IMG/VR virus record: IMGVR_UViG_3300043185_000079
DNA length: 64,000 bases
Source of the DNA: a virus
Direction: 5' to 3' (one strand)
Shown: piece after piece, positions 37,200 through 46,795 of the stretch
Numbering within the stretch: position 1 is the first letter of the stretch
How the letters are laid out: every line of letters begins with the position of its first letter
Translations under genes and position numbers: made by a program
Notes under the pieces: model-generated
Databases searched by the model: none
Told to the model about the DNA's origin: nothing
The model's input: the letters and a program-made list of their open reading frames with translations, nothing else

Positions 37200-37538
37200 A
37201 TGGCGTCCGAGAGAAACGCGGCGTCTCCGAGCGCTGGATGGGTCCCGAGACTGGTCCTTGCCTACTCGACGAATCCCGTGCTTGATGCGAAGGATCCCGT
37301 CGACGTCGAGTTCGACCCGTATTGTCCGTCCAACGGGTGGTCCGCGAACTGGCTTTGGAGACAGGTCGAGTTGACGTCGCCTCCTGGCTCACAGGGCAAC
37401 TTCAAGATTCGTGGAGGCTACGACTACAGGGAGCCGTACCGGAGGCCTTGTCGCGCAGACCCACACAGTATCTGCCCAGGGGATTGGTTCGTGGATGAGG
37501 AGGGCGAGATTCTCATCCGTGGAGAGAAGGGCAGGTAG
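37200..37538 (+). CDS. Hypothetical protein
   Basis: ORF with AGGA SD. Confidence 0.5.
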   Translation: MASERNAASPSAGWVPRLVLAYSTNPVLDAKDPVDVEFDPYCPSNGWSANWLWRQVELTSPPGSQGNFKIRGGYDYREPYRRPCRADPHSICPGDWFVDEEGEILIRGEKGR

Positions 37539-37557
37539 AATGCCACCTCAGAGGCTG

Positions 37558-37866
37558 ATGTCTGATCCACAACACACAACGGTCATGGTCGAGCCCTCCA
37601 TTCGGTTCGGTTCGTTCGCGAACGCGTTCCGTGTGGTTGACGAGGTTGGGCCGGATTGCTTCTTGGATTTCCTCGTGTACTCGGCAGCCGAGCGTGAGGC
37701 GACTGTGGTTGCCAGGATTCGCGTGCGCCGGGACTTTCTGGGAGCGATCCGGGAGAGGCTGGCGGAGGCCATGCTGGAGTTCAACGGCGAGCAGATTGCC
37801 GCCGAAACCAGTATTGCCTTCCGCCAGGGCGGAGACAGCGCTGTACGGGACCGATCGTGCGGGTAA
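37558..37866 (+). CDS. Hypothetical protein (DUF3467-like)
   Basis: GSFANAFRV...LDF...VARIRV pattern; start uncertain. Confidence 0.5.
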   Translation: MSDPQHTTVMVEPSIRFGSFANAFRVVDEVGPDCFLDFLVYSAAEREATVVARIRVRRDFLGAIRERLAEAMLEFNGEQIAAETSIAFRQGGDSAVRDRSCG

Positions 37867-37905
37867 TGTGACGCAGATCGGCTCGCGACGAGCCGGGTGC
37901 GAACC

Positions 37906-39507
37906 ATGTCCGAGAACGATTTCCAGGCCAATCAGTTCCGAACGTACCGGGCGGCCATCGATGGCATCAGCCTCGGGTTTATCGCGACAGGCACGGGGGG
38001 CTACTCTCCACGCAAAGGAGAGGTGCTCCAGTACGACGGCACGACTGTCGTGCTGAGCGATGGGCGTGAGTTCGCCGATGTGCCCCAGCTGCGAGGTGCC
38101 ATCCGTGAGAGGTGGTTCGTGCTCGATGACGATGTAGCCCCCGTCCACCGTCCTCGAGCAGCCGGCATCAAGGTGCGAGGCACGGAGCACCGCGGCGGCG
38201 AGAGGCCCTCGCTCGTGGCTATGGAGACAGAACGCGCGGAGGAGGATGTCGTGGTCACGGTGGAGGCACGGCGGCGCCACCGAGAAAAAACGAACGCCGA
38301 GGCGACAAGACGAGTTCCGTTGGAGTCGGTCGAGGCGCGTCGAGCATTCGACGGCATCATGGACCCCGAGGTCCGGGCCATGATCGCGGAAATGGACGCC
38401 GAGTTCGCGTCGACGCGCACCGACTTTGTCAAGGCGACCCCGGTGTCGACAGACGCCAACGAAGCACAACGTGTGATCGAAGAGGACATCTTGGCACTGC
38501 TCTCGTCGATCACCGATGTCCCTAGCAAGCCCGCGCGATCTCGGCGCGCCGAGAAACAGGTCCAGCCGGCGCCGAGGCAGTATCCCGTCGAACGGCAGGA
38601 AGACATGCACGTGACTCTCGGACAACAAACCGTCGACGATTTCGGACAGCCGGGTTCTGTGGTCGGCACGGTCGGCACCAAGCGCCAGATGACGGTCGAG
38701 CGGCAGCGGGACATCGACATCGCTGGGGTCGCACCTGCGAAGCCTGCCTACGAGAGTCCGCGGCCCACACCCCGTCTTGGTGGCTCTGGGACGATCGTCG
38801 TCGACGAGGAGCGCGATATGGGAGCGATCACTCTCTCGAACGAACAACCGGCCATCCGCATGGGCGAGGCTGCGACGGCGCGTACGAACCACGAGTCGAT
38901 CAGGATGGGAGACGTTGAGGTGGGCCGGCGCGAGGCCCGAGCGGAAGCCTCGGAGAGCGGGCAGGAAGGCCGCCCGGTCGGACGCGTCCTATCTCCGACA
39001 CACCGGACGTTCGTGGCCACCGACAGCAACACATCGAGAACGGCCATCGAGCGGACAGAACAGGGGACGACTCTCAGGGTCGAGAAATACGCTGTCCACG
39101 AAGAGGAGCGAGCGGCCGGGGTTGTTGGTCGGCGGACTTCGGTGGCTACGGGAGACGTACAGGAGGCGCTGGCAGGGGAGGACCTGCCGGACATCTTGCC
39201 GGACGCAGCCACGGGTCCGGCACCGAAGCACGAACTCCCGCCAGACGTCCAGGCCAAGTACGAGGCCGTGCGTGCCATGCTGCCGAACTTCGAGTGGAAC
39301 CGGGATCGGCCGATGCGCGAGCGTGTGCAGGAAGCCCTCAAGCACATCAAGGACCCGATGTTCGTCAAGGGCATCCTCGCCGTCGAGACAGAGATGGCTC
39401 GCGAGGAGATCAAGAAGGCCCTCGCAGACGCCTTGGCCGAGGAGTCGAAAAAGAAGGGCGGCGCTTCGGGTGAGAAAAAGGCCGCGTCAGCAGCCGGAAG
39501 CGATTGA
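37906..39507 (+). CDS. Hypothetical protein
   Basis: About 533-aa ORF with typical codon bias; no recognised motif. Confidence 0.7.
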   Translation: MSENDFQANQFRTYRAAIDGISLGFIATGTGGYSPRKGEVLQYDGTTVVLSDGREFADVPQLRGAIRERWFVLDDDVAPVHRPRAAGIKVRGTEHRGGERPSLVAMETERAEEDVVVTVEARRRHREKTNAEATRRVPLESVEARRAFDGIMDPEVRAMIAEMDAEFASTRTDFVKATPVSTDANEAQRVIEEDILALLSSITDVPSKPARSRRAEKQVQPAPRQYPVERQEDMHVTLGQQTVDDFGQPGSVVGTVGTKRQMTVERQRDIDIAGVAPAKPAYESPRPTPRLGGSGTIVVDEERDMGAITLSNEQPAIRMGEAATARTNHESIRMGDVEVGRREARAEASESGQEGRPVGRVLSPTHRTFVATDSNTSRTAIERTEQGTTLRVEKYAVHEEERAAGVVGRRTSVATGDVQEALAGEDLPDILPDAATGPAPKHELPPDVQAKYEAVRAMLPNFEWNRDRPMRERVQEALKHIKDPMFVKGILAVETEMAREEIKKALADALAEESKKKGGASGEKKAASAAGSD

Positions 39508-39511
39508 TCTC

Positions 39512-39525
39512 GGTTTTCGCTTGAT
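39512..39525 (+). promoter_or_regulatory. Putative phage promoter motif copy (GGTTTTCGCTTGAT)
   Basis: Intergenic, upstream of ATG 39547. Confidence 0.55.
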
Positions 39526-39546
39526 GGCCCCCGCACTGGTGAGGCC

Positions 39547-39957
39547 ATGCCACGTTTGCGAAGAGCTGGAAGCCAGGCAGGGTGGGCTCTGATCTCCGGC
39601 GGGGTGAATGCCGCCAGGGTCGACGTTCACCGCCTCCACCAGATCGTGGGGAAGGTTCTGCGTCTCGTCGAGCAGAGCAAGGATCGCGAGCACATCTATC
39701 AGGTCGCAGGTGACGTCATCCTGGGCATCCCCCAGATTCTCGATCGTCTGGAACAGCAGCTCGACGAGACCGGCTACGCCTTATCAATCATGGGGAAGGA
39801 CCATCTCAAGGACCGCCTCCCTCTTTCTCGTCGCACGCGAGTGGACGAGACCGTCGAGGGAGCGCCAGCGTTCAGCGTGTCAATGTTGAAGGACTCGGCA
39901 CGTCGAGTGGCGGAACGACACATCGCGCGTCGAGTGGATCGACGCGGGAGGTCGTAG
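39547..39957 (+). CDS. Hypothetical protein, probable head-associated protein
   Basis: N-terminal RRAG and C-terminal RVAERH motifs. Confidence 0.65.
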   Translation: MPRLRRAGSQAGWALISGGVNAARVDVHRLHQIVGKVLRLVEQSKDREHIYQVAGDVILGIPQILDRLEQQLDETGYALSIMGKDHLKDRLPLSRRTRVDETVEGAPAFSVSMLKDSARRVAERHIARRVDRRGRS

Positions 39958-41702
39958 TGCCCGACTTCGGGATCCGCAAGCGAGCAATGGCCCAGGACAG
40001 CACGGATCCTGTGCCCGAGGACGTCATCCGCGAGGAGATCCGCGCCGCGGCCGAGATTCTCAGGACGGCTTACCGATCCGGGTGGCAGGAATGGCCCGGG
40101 TGGAAGACCGTTGTCGATGAGAAGAGCGAGAAGGGCATCTTCCCGCGCGACACTGAGGACAGCAGCACGGAACGGGGACAGAGCAGGCTCGATCATGCGT
40201 GGCCTGTCCAGCTTCCGCAGCCTCGGGAGAAGGAACGCGCGTTGCCACTTCCCTCCGACTTCGACAAGAAACGCGAGAAGCGAATTGGCCCGACTTACTA
40301 CAACAAGAACCGAAAGGTCCCGTACCGCACACATCCAGAGAAGGGGGACGAGTACGGCCATCCCGTGAAACTGGATTACAACTATGACAGGCGACGCCAG
40401 GAGGTGACCGCCGGGGATACGCGGGAGGAAGACGGATCTCCGGAGGAGCGAGAGGCCGCCGGGTTGTTTCCCGCCAAGCATCAGCAAAACCAGCGTGGCC
40501 AATCGCGTGTCTACTACAAGCAGTGGTACCTGCGTAACCGCGAGCCCATCAAACGCAGGGAGAGAGTCAAGTACCAGACTAGGCTCAAGCACGATCCGCG
40601 CGACAAGCTCCGTCGGAAGTATCGGCGGCTGTACCCCCACAGATACAAGCGGCGAGGACTCGGGCCGTCGACGCCCGCCGAGCGATCTCGAGAGTGGCGC
40701 GAGGAGAAGGCAAAAGAGCGACAAGCCTCGGTGTATCACGCAGGGCTTAAGGCGCTGGCGAGCGCCATGGAGATCCTTGGGATCGACCGAGTTGCTGCGA
40801 ACTGGCCCGTTGACTGGGGGACACACTACAAGAAGGTCGAGCCGCCCGAACAACTTGACCAGAACCATCCACCAGCACAGCCGCGCAGCACGACGCCGCG
40901 CAGCGATCCGTCCAAACAGAAGGGGGAATCTCTCCGTGCACCCGATCTCGACCGCAAGCACCAAAAGGGCTTGAAGTGGCAGATCGAGCCCAGGGCTCCC
41001 GGGGGCGCCTACCCGATCCGCGAGGTGAACAACCCGGGGAATGGCTCGGGCAAGGTCATCCCGATGTGGGGAGACTTCGTCAACAACACGCAACAGATGC
41101 CGGACGGGCGGCAGGACCGGTATGTCCGAAACGATAACTTCGATGTGAAGACGGCCGCCACGCTCGGTGAAATCCTTGCCCGCGTCGACAGGAAAATCCG
41201 AGCGCGTGCCGTCGGCCTCGATCCCCAGCTTCAGCGGACCGACACGAAGAATTGGATCTGGACGTGGCGTGTTGGGAAGCACGCGGTCAAGGTTCAGGCG
41301 TTCAAGCGCGGCACCGCGTCGAACTTCGACAAGGTGAATCTCAGGGTCTCGTGTAGCTGCCCGTTCTGGCAGTGGTGGGGTCCCGAGCATTGGGGGAAAC
41401 GGGACGACTACCTGCGCGGGGAACCCCGTGGCACGGCAACCCCCCCAATGATTCGCGATCCTTTCCACTGGCGGCCGGTGTGCAAGCACGCCTATGCCGT
41501 TCTCCGTCGTTCGCAGAAATTCTTCGTGAGGCCGGAGAAGTCGCCTCTACGCCATCTGGCTCGGTTTTCAGCCGATAGTCCCGAGTCGGTCGTGATCGAG
41601 TGTTTGCCCACGCCTTCGCCAGAGCAAGTAGCTCTTGCCGCGGTCACGCGCGAGATCGGTCAGAGGGTCGCCCGCAGGTATCTTGGCGAGGAGGGGGTCT
41701 GA
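39957..41702 (+). CDS. Large basic protein with C-terminal SWIM Zn finger
   Basis: VSCSC...VCKH; RTAY, RQAS, RVAA and KTAA linkers; terminal RVARRY. Confidence 0.75.
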   Translation: MPDFGIRKRAMAQDSTDPVPEDVIREEIRAAAEILRTAYRSGWQEWPGWKTVVDEKSEKGIFPRDTEDSSTERGQSRLDHAWPVQLPQPREKERALPLPSDFDKKREKRIGPTYYNKNRKVPYRTHPEKGDEYGHPVKLDYNYDRRRQEVTAGDTREEDGSPEEREAAGLFPAKHQQNQRGQSRVYYKQWYLRNREPIKRRERVKYQTRLKHDPRDKLRRKYRRLYPHRYKRRGLGPSTPAERSREWREEKAKERQASVYHAGLKALASAMEILGIDRVAANWPVDWGTHYKKVEPPEQLDQNHPPAQPRSTTPRSDPSKQKGESLRAPDLDRKHQKGLKWQIEPRAPGGAYPIREVNNPGNGSGKVIPMWGDFVNNTQQMPDGRQDRYVRNDNFDVKTAATLGEILARVDRKIRARAVGLDPQLQRTDTKNWIWTWRVGKHAVKVQAFKRGTASNFDKVNLRVSCSCPFWQWWGPEHWGKRDDYLRGEPRGTATPPMIRDPFHWRPVCKHAYAVLRRSQKFFVRPEKSPLRHLARFSADSPESVVIECLPTPSPEQVALAAVTREIGQRVARRYLGEEGV

Positions 41703-41703
41703 A

Positions 41704-42096
41704 ATGCCGCTCTACTGCTACAGGTGCCCAACTTGCGATCGAGATTTCGACGAGATGGCCCCGCTCGCTGACTATCAGAAACCACAACTGTGCCCCATCT
41801 GTGGAGGCAAGTCTCCGCGAATTCTAGGGACCAAGTTCCCTGGGTTCGTTCTCGTGGGCGACGGGTGGGCCAGCAAGAACCTGCGTGTGGCCAGTCAGAT
41901 GCGCCGCAAGAACGAGCGCTTGGGCGCCCGTGAGCGGGAGATGAAAGGTGACGGTACCGTGCCTCAGCTCGTGCCGAACGTCGGAGGTGAGCGCACTGAA
42001 TCGTGGTCTGACGCGGCCAAGCTCGCCAAGGATCGGGGTCACGACGCCTCGGGCTACGAACACAGAGCCCGCGAGGAGAAGGCGAAGTCCGCATGA
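41704..42096 (+). CDS. FmdB-family zinc-ribbon protein
   Basis: MPLYCYRCPTC...CPICG...GFVLVGDGWAS. Confidence 0.85.
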   Translation: MPLYCYRCPTCDRDFDEMAPLADYQKPQLCPICGGKSPRILGTKFPGFVLVGDGWASKNLRVASQMRRKNERLGAREREMKGDGTVPQLVPNVGGERTESWSDAAKLAKDRGHDASGYEHRAREEKAKSA

Positions 42097-42836
42097 CTTC
42101 CCAGTTCCCCATCCCGAACATCCTGGACAGGGCCGCTGGCTACCTGACGCTCCAATTTCGCAACGACTCCAACATCCTTGGATACCGGATTCGCGTCGCC
42201 AACTCGCTGGACAACGCGTACGGCCCCTTCAACGGGGTTGTTGGCACGGGGACGACGGCGCTGTTCGACGTCAACCGAGGCCAGACGTTTATCTCGCGGC
42301 CGATCAGGATTCGTCGCACGGCCATCATGGGGGACACGACTCGTGGTCAGACCCGGGCCACGTATGATCCGAACGAGTTTTTTGGCCTCTCTCCCGAAGT
42401 CCCGGCCGACTCCCAGATCGCGTTCATGCGTGTCCAGGTGCGCACGGTCGCGTCGCCAACCTTCCCAGGCGCTGCCACGGCGGCGAACCAGAGTGACATC
42501 CTCGTCGTCCAGGACCCGGCCTTCTTCGATGTTCCTCGCCCGGCTATCACACTCGCCGGCACAGCTCCCGACTTGGCCACTGCTGTAGCCGGCCTCCCAG
42601 CCCCGCCCGAGGCGCTGGTCTTTCGCCTGCCAGCCTTCGGTGACGCGATGGTCTTCACGAACACAGGAGGCTCTCCGCTCTTGTTCGCCACGGGACTCGG
42701 CCAGCCGTTGATTTCTGTGCCTGCAGGCGAGGTTGTCCCTCACCAGGGCGGGTTGAAGGATGAACTGGTGATCTGTGCGTCGGGAGCCAACCCGACGTTC
42801 TCCGTCGTGATCGCCTGTGTGTCCGGCATGCGCTAA
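42093..42836 (+). CDS. Putative virion structural protein
   Basis: Beta-rich A/T/G/P composition; structural block context. Confidence 0.55.
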   Translation: MTSQFPIPNILDRAAGYLTLQFRNDSNILGYRIRVANSLDNAYGPFNGVVGTGTTALFDVNRGQTFISRPIRIRRTAIMGDTTRGQTRATYDPNEFFGLSPEVPADSQIAFMRVQVRTVASPTFPGAATAANQSDILVVQDPAFFDVPRPAITLAGTAPDLATAVAGLPAPPEALVFRLPAFGDAMVFTNTGGSPLLFATGLGQPLISVPAGEVVPHQGGLKDELVICASGANPTFSVVIACVSGMR

Positions 42837-42848
42837 AGACGCGCTATC

Positions 42849-42862
42849 GGTTTTCCCTTTAT
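42849..42862 (+). promoter_or_regulatory. Putative phage promoter motif copy (GGTTTTCCCTTTAT)
   Basis: Intergenic, upstream of the three-paralog cluster. Confidence 0.6.
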
Positions 42863-42911
42863 AGGCGAGCCAGATTAGCGAGCGCCTGCTCCGGGACTCG
42901 GAGGAACACAC

Positions 42912-43580
42912 ATGCCGTACATCATCATGCGTCGCGCGGACATCCCGAACGGGGTCCTCCAGATCGACGACCTCTGGCCCAATGACAGCCAGCGCAACTA
43001 CATCTACGATCCTCCAGGTCAGAGCGGGTACGTGCGCCAGGTCCCGGAGAACCAGACCGTGGCGACGACGGGCGCGGGCCCGATCTTGACGGTCCGCGAC
43101 TACTGTGGTCTCGCGGCCTACCTGATCGACAACACCGAGGACCAGGCTGCGGGCCAGGCTTTGACGGCGGCAATCGTGAATACTGCCTCGGCCGAGATCA
43201 TCGGACGGACTCGGGGCGGGCAGTCTGTGACGCTCGCTGATATCGGGGCCGCCCTTGTGACTGCTGGAGCAGGATTGGGTACGAATATCAACGTGGGCAC
43301 CTCGACGGGCAGCCTCGCCGATGTCCTGGCCATCTTGGCCGGCGCCAAGTACATGCTGCCAGGGGGCTCCACGATCGAGAATGGAGCCAACGTGTTCGTG
43401 CCGGGTCCGCATGGGAGTTTCGAGACGCCACCCCACACGCGGCTTGTGCTTCAGACGGGAGCCTTCAACGTCTCCAACGGTGCGGGAGACCTCTTCAACT
43501 GCAAGCGTCCCGACTTCATCTGGAACACCGTGCTCGGACCCGCTGTGACCGTGCTCGCTGACGACGGAACCGTCCTGTAG
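42912..43580 (+). CDS. Putative structural protein, paralog 1
   Basis: GGAGG SD; N-terminus MPYIIMRRADIPNGVLQ shared with the next two genes. Confidence 0.7.
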   Translation: MPYIIMRRADIPNGVLQIDDLWPNDSQRNYIYDPPGQSGYVRQVPENQTVATTGAGPILTVRDYCGLAAYLIDNTEDQAAGQALTAAIVNTASAEIIGRTRGGQSVTLADIGAALVTAGAGLGTNINVGTSTGSLADVLAILAGAKYMLPGGSTIENGANVFVPGPHGSFETPPHTRLVLQTGAFNVSNGAGDLFNCKRPDFIWNTVLGPAVTVLADDGTVL

Positions 43581-43602
43581 GCGATCCCAAGGAGACCAAA
43601 AG

Positions 43603-44667
43603 ATGCCGTACATCATCCTCAAGCGCGACGACATCCCGGCGGGGACGCTTCAGGTGCTCGATCTTGAGCCGAACACCTCCCTGCGCAACTACGTGGTCGA
43701 TCCTCCGGGTCAGACGAAGTACGTTAACCCGGTCATCAACGAGCCGGTCGTCGTCTACACTCCGTCGGGCCCGGCGGGACCGTCGATTTTCCGAGCTGTC
43801 AGCGGCCTTGCCGCGTGGCTCATCACCAACGTCAGTGACGGGACGGGTGCCTTGGCGACGGCGGCATTCGTGTTTGGACCCGCGGCCGTGCTCGACGGAG
43901 AGACGATCACCGTTGGGACCGGGCCCGTGGGTGGCCCGACCGTGACGTTCACGTTCCGCGATACCCCGACGCTGCCGACGGAGGTCTTGATTGGGCCAAC
44001 GAACTCGGCGACGGCAGGCAACTTCAACGTCATCCTGAACAACCCCGCTCTGGGGCTCACGCCGTACGTCACGAGCACCGTCGCAGCCGAGATCGTGACG
44101 ATCACGGCGGTGGAGCCTGGTACGGCGTCCAACGCGATCACCCTCGCCGATACGTCGGCGAACATCACTCCCTCCGGCGCGACACTTGCCGGAGGCGCGG
44201 ACGCCGCGGCTCTCACGGCCGTGCAGGCGAACACGATCGCAGCCGACATCCTGAGCGACATCGTCCGTTTCGGAGATCTCGCGCTGCCGGCGCTCGCCGC
44301 GGACCTGGTTGCCATCAACGTCGTGATCTCGGGGGTCGTCGCCACTGCCTCCATCACCGCTGGCCAGCTCCCCGATCTCCTTGACGTGCTCGCCGGACGG
44401 ATTTACCAAGTGCCGAAGGACGTGCAGGTCGAGACGGCTCTCGGCGTGTTCGACGTTGTTCCCAACGTCGGTGCACCCGATGGTCCCGGATTCGTGGACG
44501 GGACCCTTCGCGACATCTTCCAGACCGGTGCCCTCAATCTCTCCGTGGCAGGAGGCGAACTCGCTGGGTTTCTTGACTCAAAATTCGTCTACGCGGGCGT
44601 CGCGGGGAGCCCCAACGGCGAGGCCGTGGTCGTCTACAACGACGACGGAACCATCTTCACCCCGTAA
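43603..44667 (+). CDS. Putative structural protein, paralog 2 (with internal insertion)
   Basis: MPYIILKRDDIPAGTLQ...VVYNDDGT; about 130 aa longer than its paralogs. Confidence 0.7.
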   Translation: MPYIILKRDDIPAGTLQVLDLEPNTSLRNYVVDPPGQTKYVNPVINEPVVVYTPSGPAGPSIFRAVSGLAAWLITNVSDGTGALATAAFVFGPAAVLDGETITVGTGPVGGPTVTFTFRDTPTLPTEVLIGPTNSATAGNFNVILNNPALGLTPYVTSTVAAEIVTITAVEPGTASNAITLADTSANITPSGATLAGGADAAALTAVQANTIAADILSDIVRFGDLALPALAADLVAINVVISGVVATASITAGQLPDLLDVLAGRIYQVPKDVQVETALGVFDVVPNVGAPDGPGFVDGTLRDIFQTGALNLSVAGGELAGFLDSKFVYAGVAGSPNGEAVVVYNDDGTIFTP

Positions 44668-44687
44668 CCCCGTAAGGAGACCGGACC

Positions 44688-45374
44688 ATGCAAGTCTTCC
44701 TCGTGATGCGCCGCACCGACATCCCTGACGGGGTGCTCCAGCAAGTTGACCTCAAGCCGAACACGTCGAACCGCAACTACATCTACACACCGAGCACACA
44801 AGGAGGCCAGACGGGCTACATCCGCAACATCGCCCCGTCCCCGGCGATCACGCCTTTTGTCCTCCCTGGCCCACCGTTCGTTGCGACGGCTGCCCTCACC
44901 GGCCTCGCCGCCTACTACATGGGCAATGTCGATCAGGGTCCAGCACCTGGTGGACCGGTGCTGATCCCGCCTATGGCTGATCTGGCTGCGGCGACGACGA
45001 TCACTGCGGCGCAAGCTGGGACCATTCTGGATTCTCCCACCATTGCGGCCCTCTTGGTCGCTGCTGGGGCTATTCCCGGCACGACCATTGACGCAGGCGG
45101 ATCCACCGGCTCTGTCGCCGAGGTGCTGAGCATTCTCTCCGGGCGTGTCTACGACATCGCGGCTGGCTCGCTCCTCTCTGATGGTGCGGGAGCATTCGCG
45201 GGCCGTGTGGGGACCTTCGATGATACGACGTATCGTCATCTTTACGATAACGACGGGTTCGTCGTGTCGAATACGTATGGGAACCTCTCGCTCATGAAGA
45301 GCGCGGACTTCACGTACGACGGGACGACAGGCGCGGCCATCGTGGTGTACTCGGCGACGGGTACGGTGATGTAG
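44688..45374 (+). CDS. Putative structural protein, paralog 3
   Basis: MQVFLVMRRTDIPDGVLQ...VVYSATGT. Confidence 0.7.
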   Translation: MQVFLVMRRTDIPDGVLQQVDLKPNTSNRNYIYTPSTQGGQTGYIRNIAPSPAITPFVLPGPPFVATAALTGLAAYYMGNVDQGPAPGGPVLIPPMADLAAATTITAAQAGTILDSPTIAALLVAAGAIPGTTIDAGGSTGSVAEVLSILSGRVYDIAAGSLLSDGAGAFAGRVGTFDDTTYRHLYDNDGFVVSNTYGNLSLMKSADFTYDGTTGAAIVVYSATGTVM

Positions 45375-45439
45375 CATCGCGATTGCCCGCTTCCTCCCCC
45401 CTGGGGACGGTCAGAATCCACAGACAAAGGAGACGTGAC

Positions 45440-45697
45440 GTGTCAGACAACAATCTGAGCGGGTACCGAACATCCGACATGTACTACGCCGCATACCTGA
45501 AGGTCGCCGGGATGAAGCTGCTCGGGACTCAGCGAGAGGGCGGCAGGGTGTTTTTCGTCTTCGAGGAGAACGAGGGAAACGGGATCCGCGATCTTCGAGA
45601 TCAGTACTACAACCGCTCAAGCAAGGTTCCCGCGCTCACGTACGCCGACGAGATCAAGGTCATGAAGGCTCTCACGCACGAGGGACGAGGGGACTGA
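45440..45697 (+). CDS. DUF5659-like small protein
   Basis: AAGGAG SD; TSDMYYAAYL..G..L...GRVFFVF. Confidence 0.65.
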   Translation: MSDNNLSGYRTSDMYYAAYLKVAGMKLLGTQREGGRVFFVFEENEGNGIRDLRDQYYNRSSKVPALTYADEIKVMKALTHEGRGD

Positions 45698-45702
45698 AGA
45701 CG

Positions 45703-46284
45703 TTGCGCCTGGACGAGATTATAGCGGGGAACGACGTCGTTCAGCGCCATCTCGCCCAGGAGAGGCAGGCGTTGCTCGCCATCTCACCCATGGCTCGCTC
45801 CGCCATCGAACGCGAGATTCTGCCCCAGATCGAGAGCGGCGTCACGGGACCCGCGGCGGTGGACAGTCTGCGCGACTCGACGAAGGCCGAGATCGAGCGT
45901 GCTTTCCGGGCCAAGGACCCGGTCTACACGCGTCTGATCAGCTACAAGTCGATCGATCAGAGCGACACGCAGTATCTCAGCGATCTCCTCACGGTGATGG
46001 ACGAGTGGGCGACCAAGACACGGGACACGCTTGGTGACGACGACGCGGTGAAGCTCAAGATCGAGGTCGAGAGCGAGGTCGAGAGCGAGGTCAAGGTCAA
46101 GAGCGATGGCGGAGTCGACGTGGAGGTGAAAGAGATCCAGCGCGAGGTATCGCCGCCCCCTCTCGACAGCGTCTCCTTCGAGCCTCCTCTCAATGGTCTT
46201 CGCAATCTTGGGGCCCCGTCCGGCGAGGAGGAAATCCCTCTCGCTGACGAGGACGACTTCGACTTCGGGGACGTGAGGCTGTGA
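45703..46284 (+). CDS. Hypothetical acidic protein
   Basis: 193-aa ORF, TTG start. Confidence 0.6.
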   Translation: MRLDEIIAGNDVVQRHLAQERQALLAISPMARSAIEREILPQIESGVTGPAAVDSLRDSTKAEIERAFRAKDPVYTRLISYKSIDQSDTQYLSDLLTVMDEWATKTRDTLGDDDAVKLKIEVESEVESEVKVKSDGGVDVEVKEIQREVSPPPLDSVSFEPPLNGLRNLGAPSGEEEIPLADEDDFDFGDVRL

Positions 46285-46288
46285 AACC

Positions 46289-46795
46289 ATGGCCGTCTGC
46301 TTTCCGGTCGGAACCGAACTCGGTCGCAACGACCTGAAGATCTTTCTGGTCGACGAACTCGGTGTTCCCCTGAACGCCGCGGAGATCTACTACACGATCT
46401 TCTTCGTGGACCAGAGCATGGGCCCTCCGGGGGTTGAGGTGCAGATCGGGCCCACCGACCGTATCCCGGTCAATCCCTCCGTGGGGGAGTACTACGCTTC
46501 ACTGCTCGTTCCTCCAGGGGCGTCTCCAGGACAGTATCGGATCCGCTGGAGGTTCCGACGGACGCTCGCCGACGAGTTCCAGGAGGTCGTGCAAGAGTTC
46601 GGCGTCGACGATCCCGGGTCATGCGTCGACGGTCAGCCATTGATGTCGACATGCGAGGCCGGTCTCGTCGACAAGCTCCGCGTGCTGCTCCGGGACAACT
46701 GTGTGGGCGCCGAGGAGACCGTCGAGTTGGACGTGGACGGTAAACGGATGGTGGTGCGCATGGACGATCTGTGGGAGGCTCTGAAGGATGCGTGA
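46289..46795 (+). CDS. Fractured gene, N-half: N-extein plus 31-aa N-intein
   Basis: Ends LRVLLRDN|CVGAEETVELDVDGKRMVVRMDDLWEALKDA*; Cys-initiated intein block A at 46700. Confidence 0.8.
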   Translation: MAVCFPVGTELGRNDLKIFLVDELGVPLNAAEIYYTIFFVDQSMGPPGVEVQIGPTDRIPVNPSVGEYYASLLVPPGASPGQYRIRWRFRRTLADEFQEVVQEFGVDDPGSCVDGQPLMSTCEAGLVDKLRVLLRDNCVGAEETVELDVDGKRMVVRMDDLWEALKDA

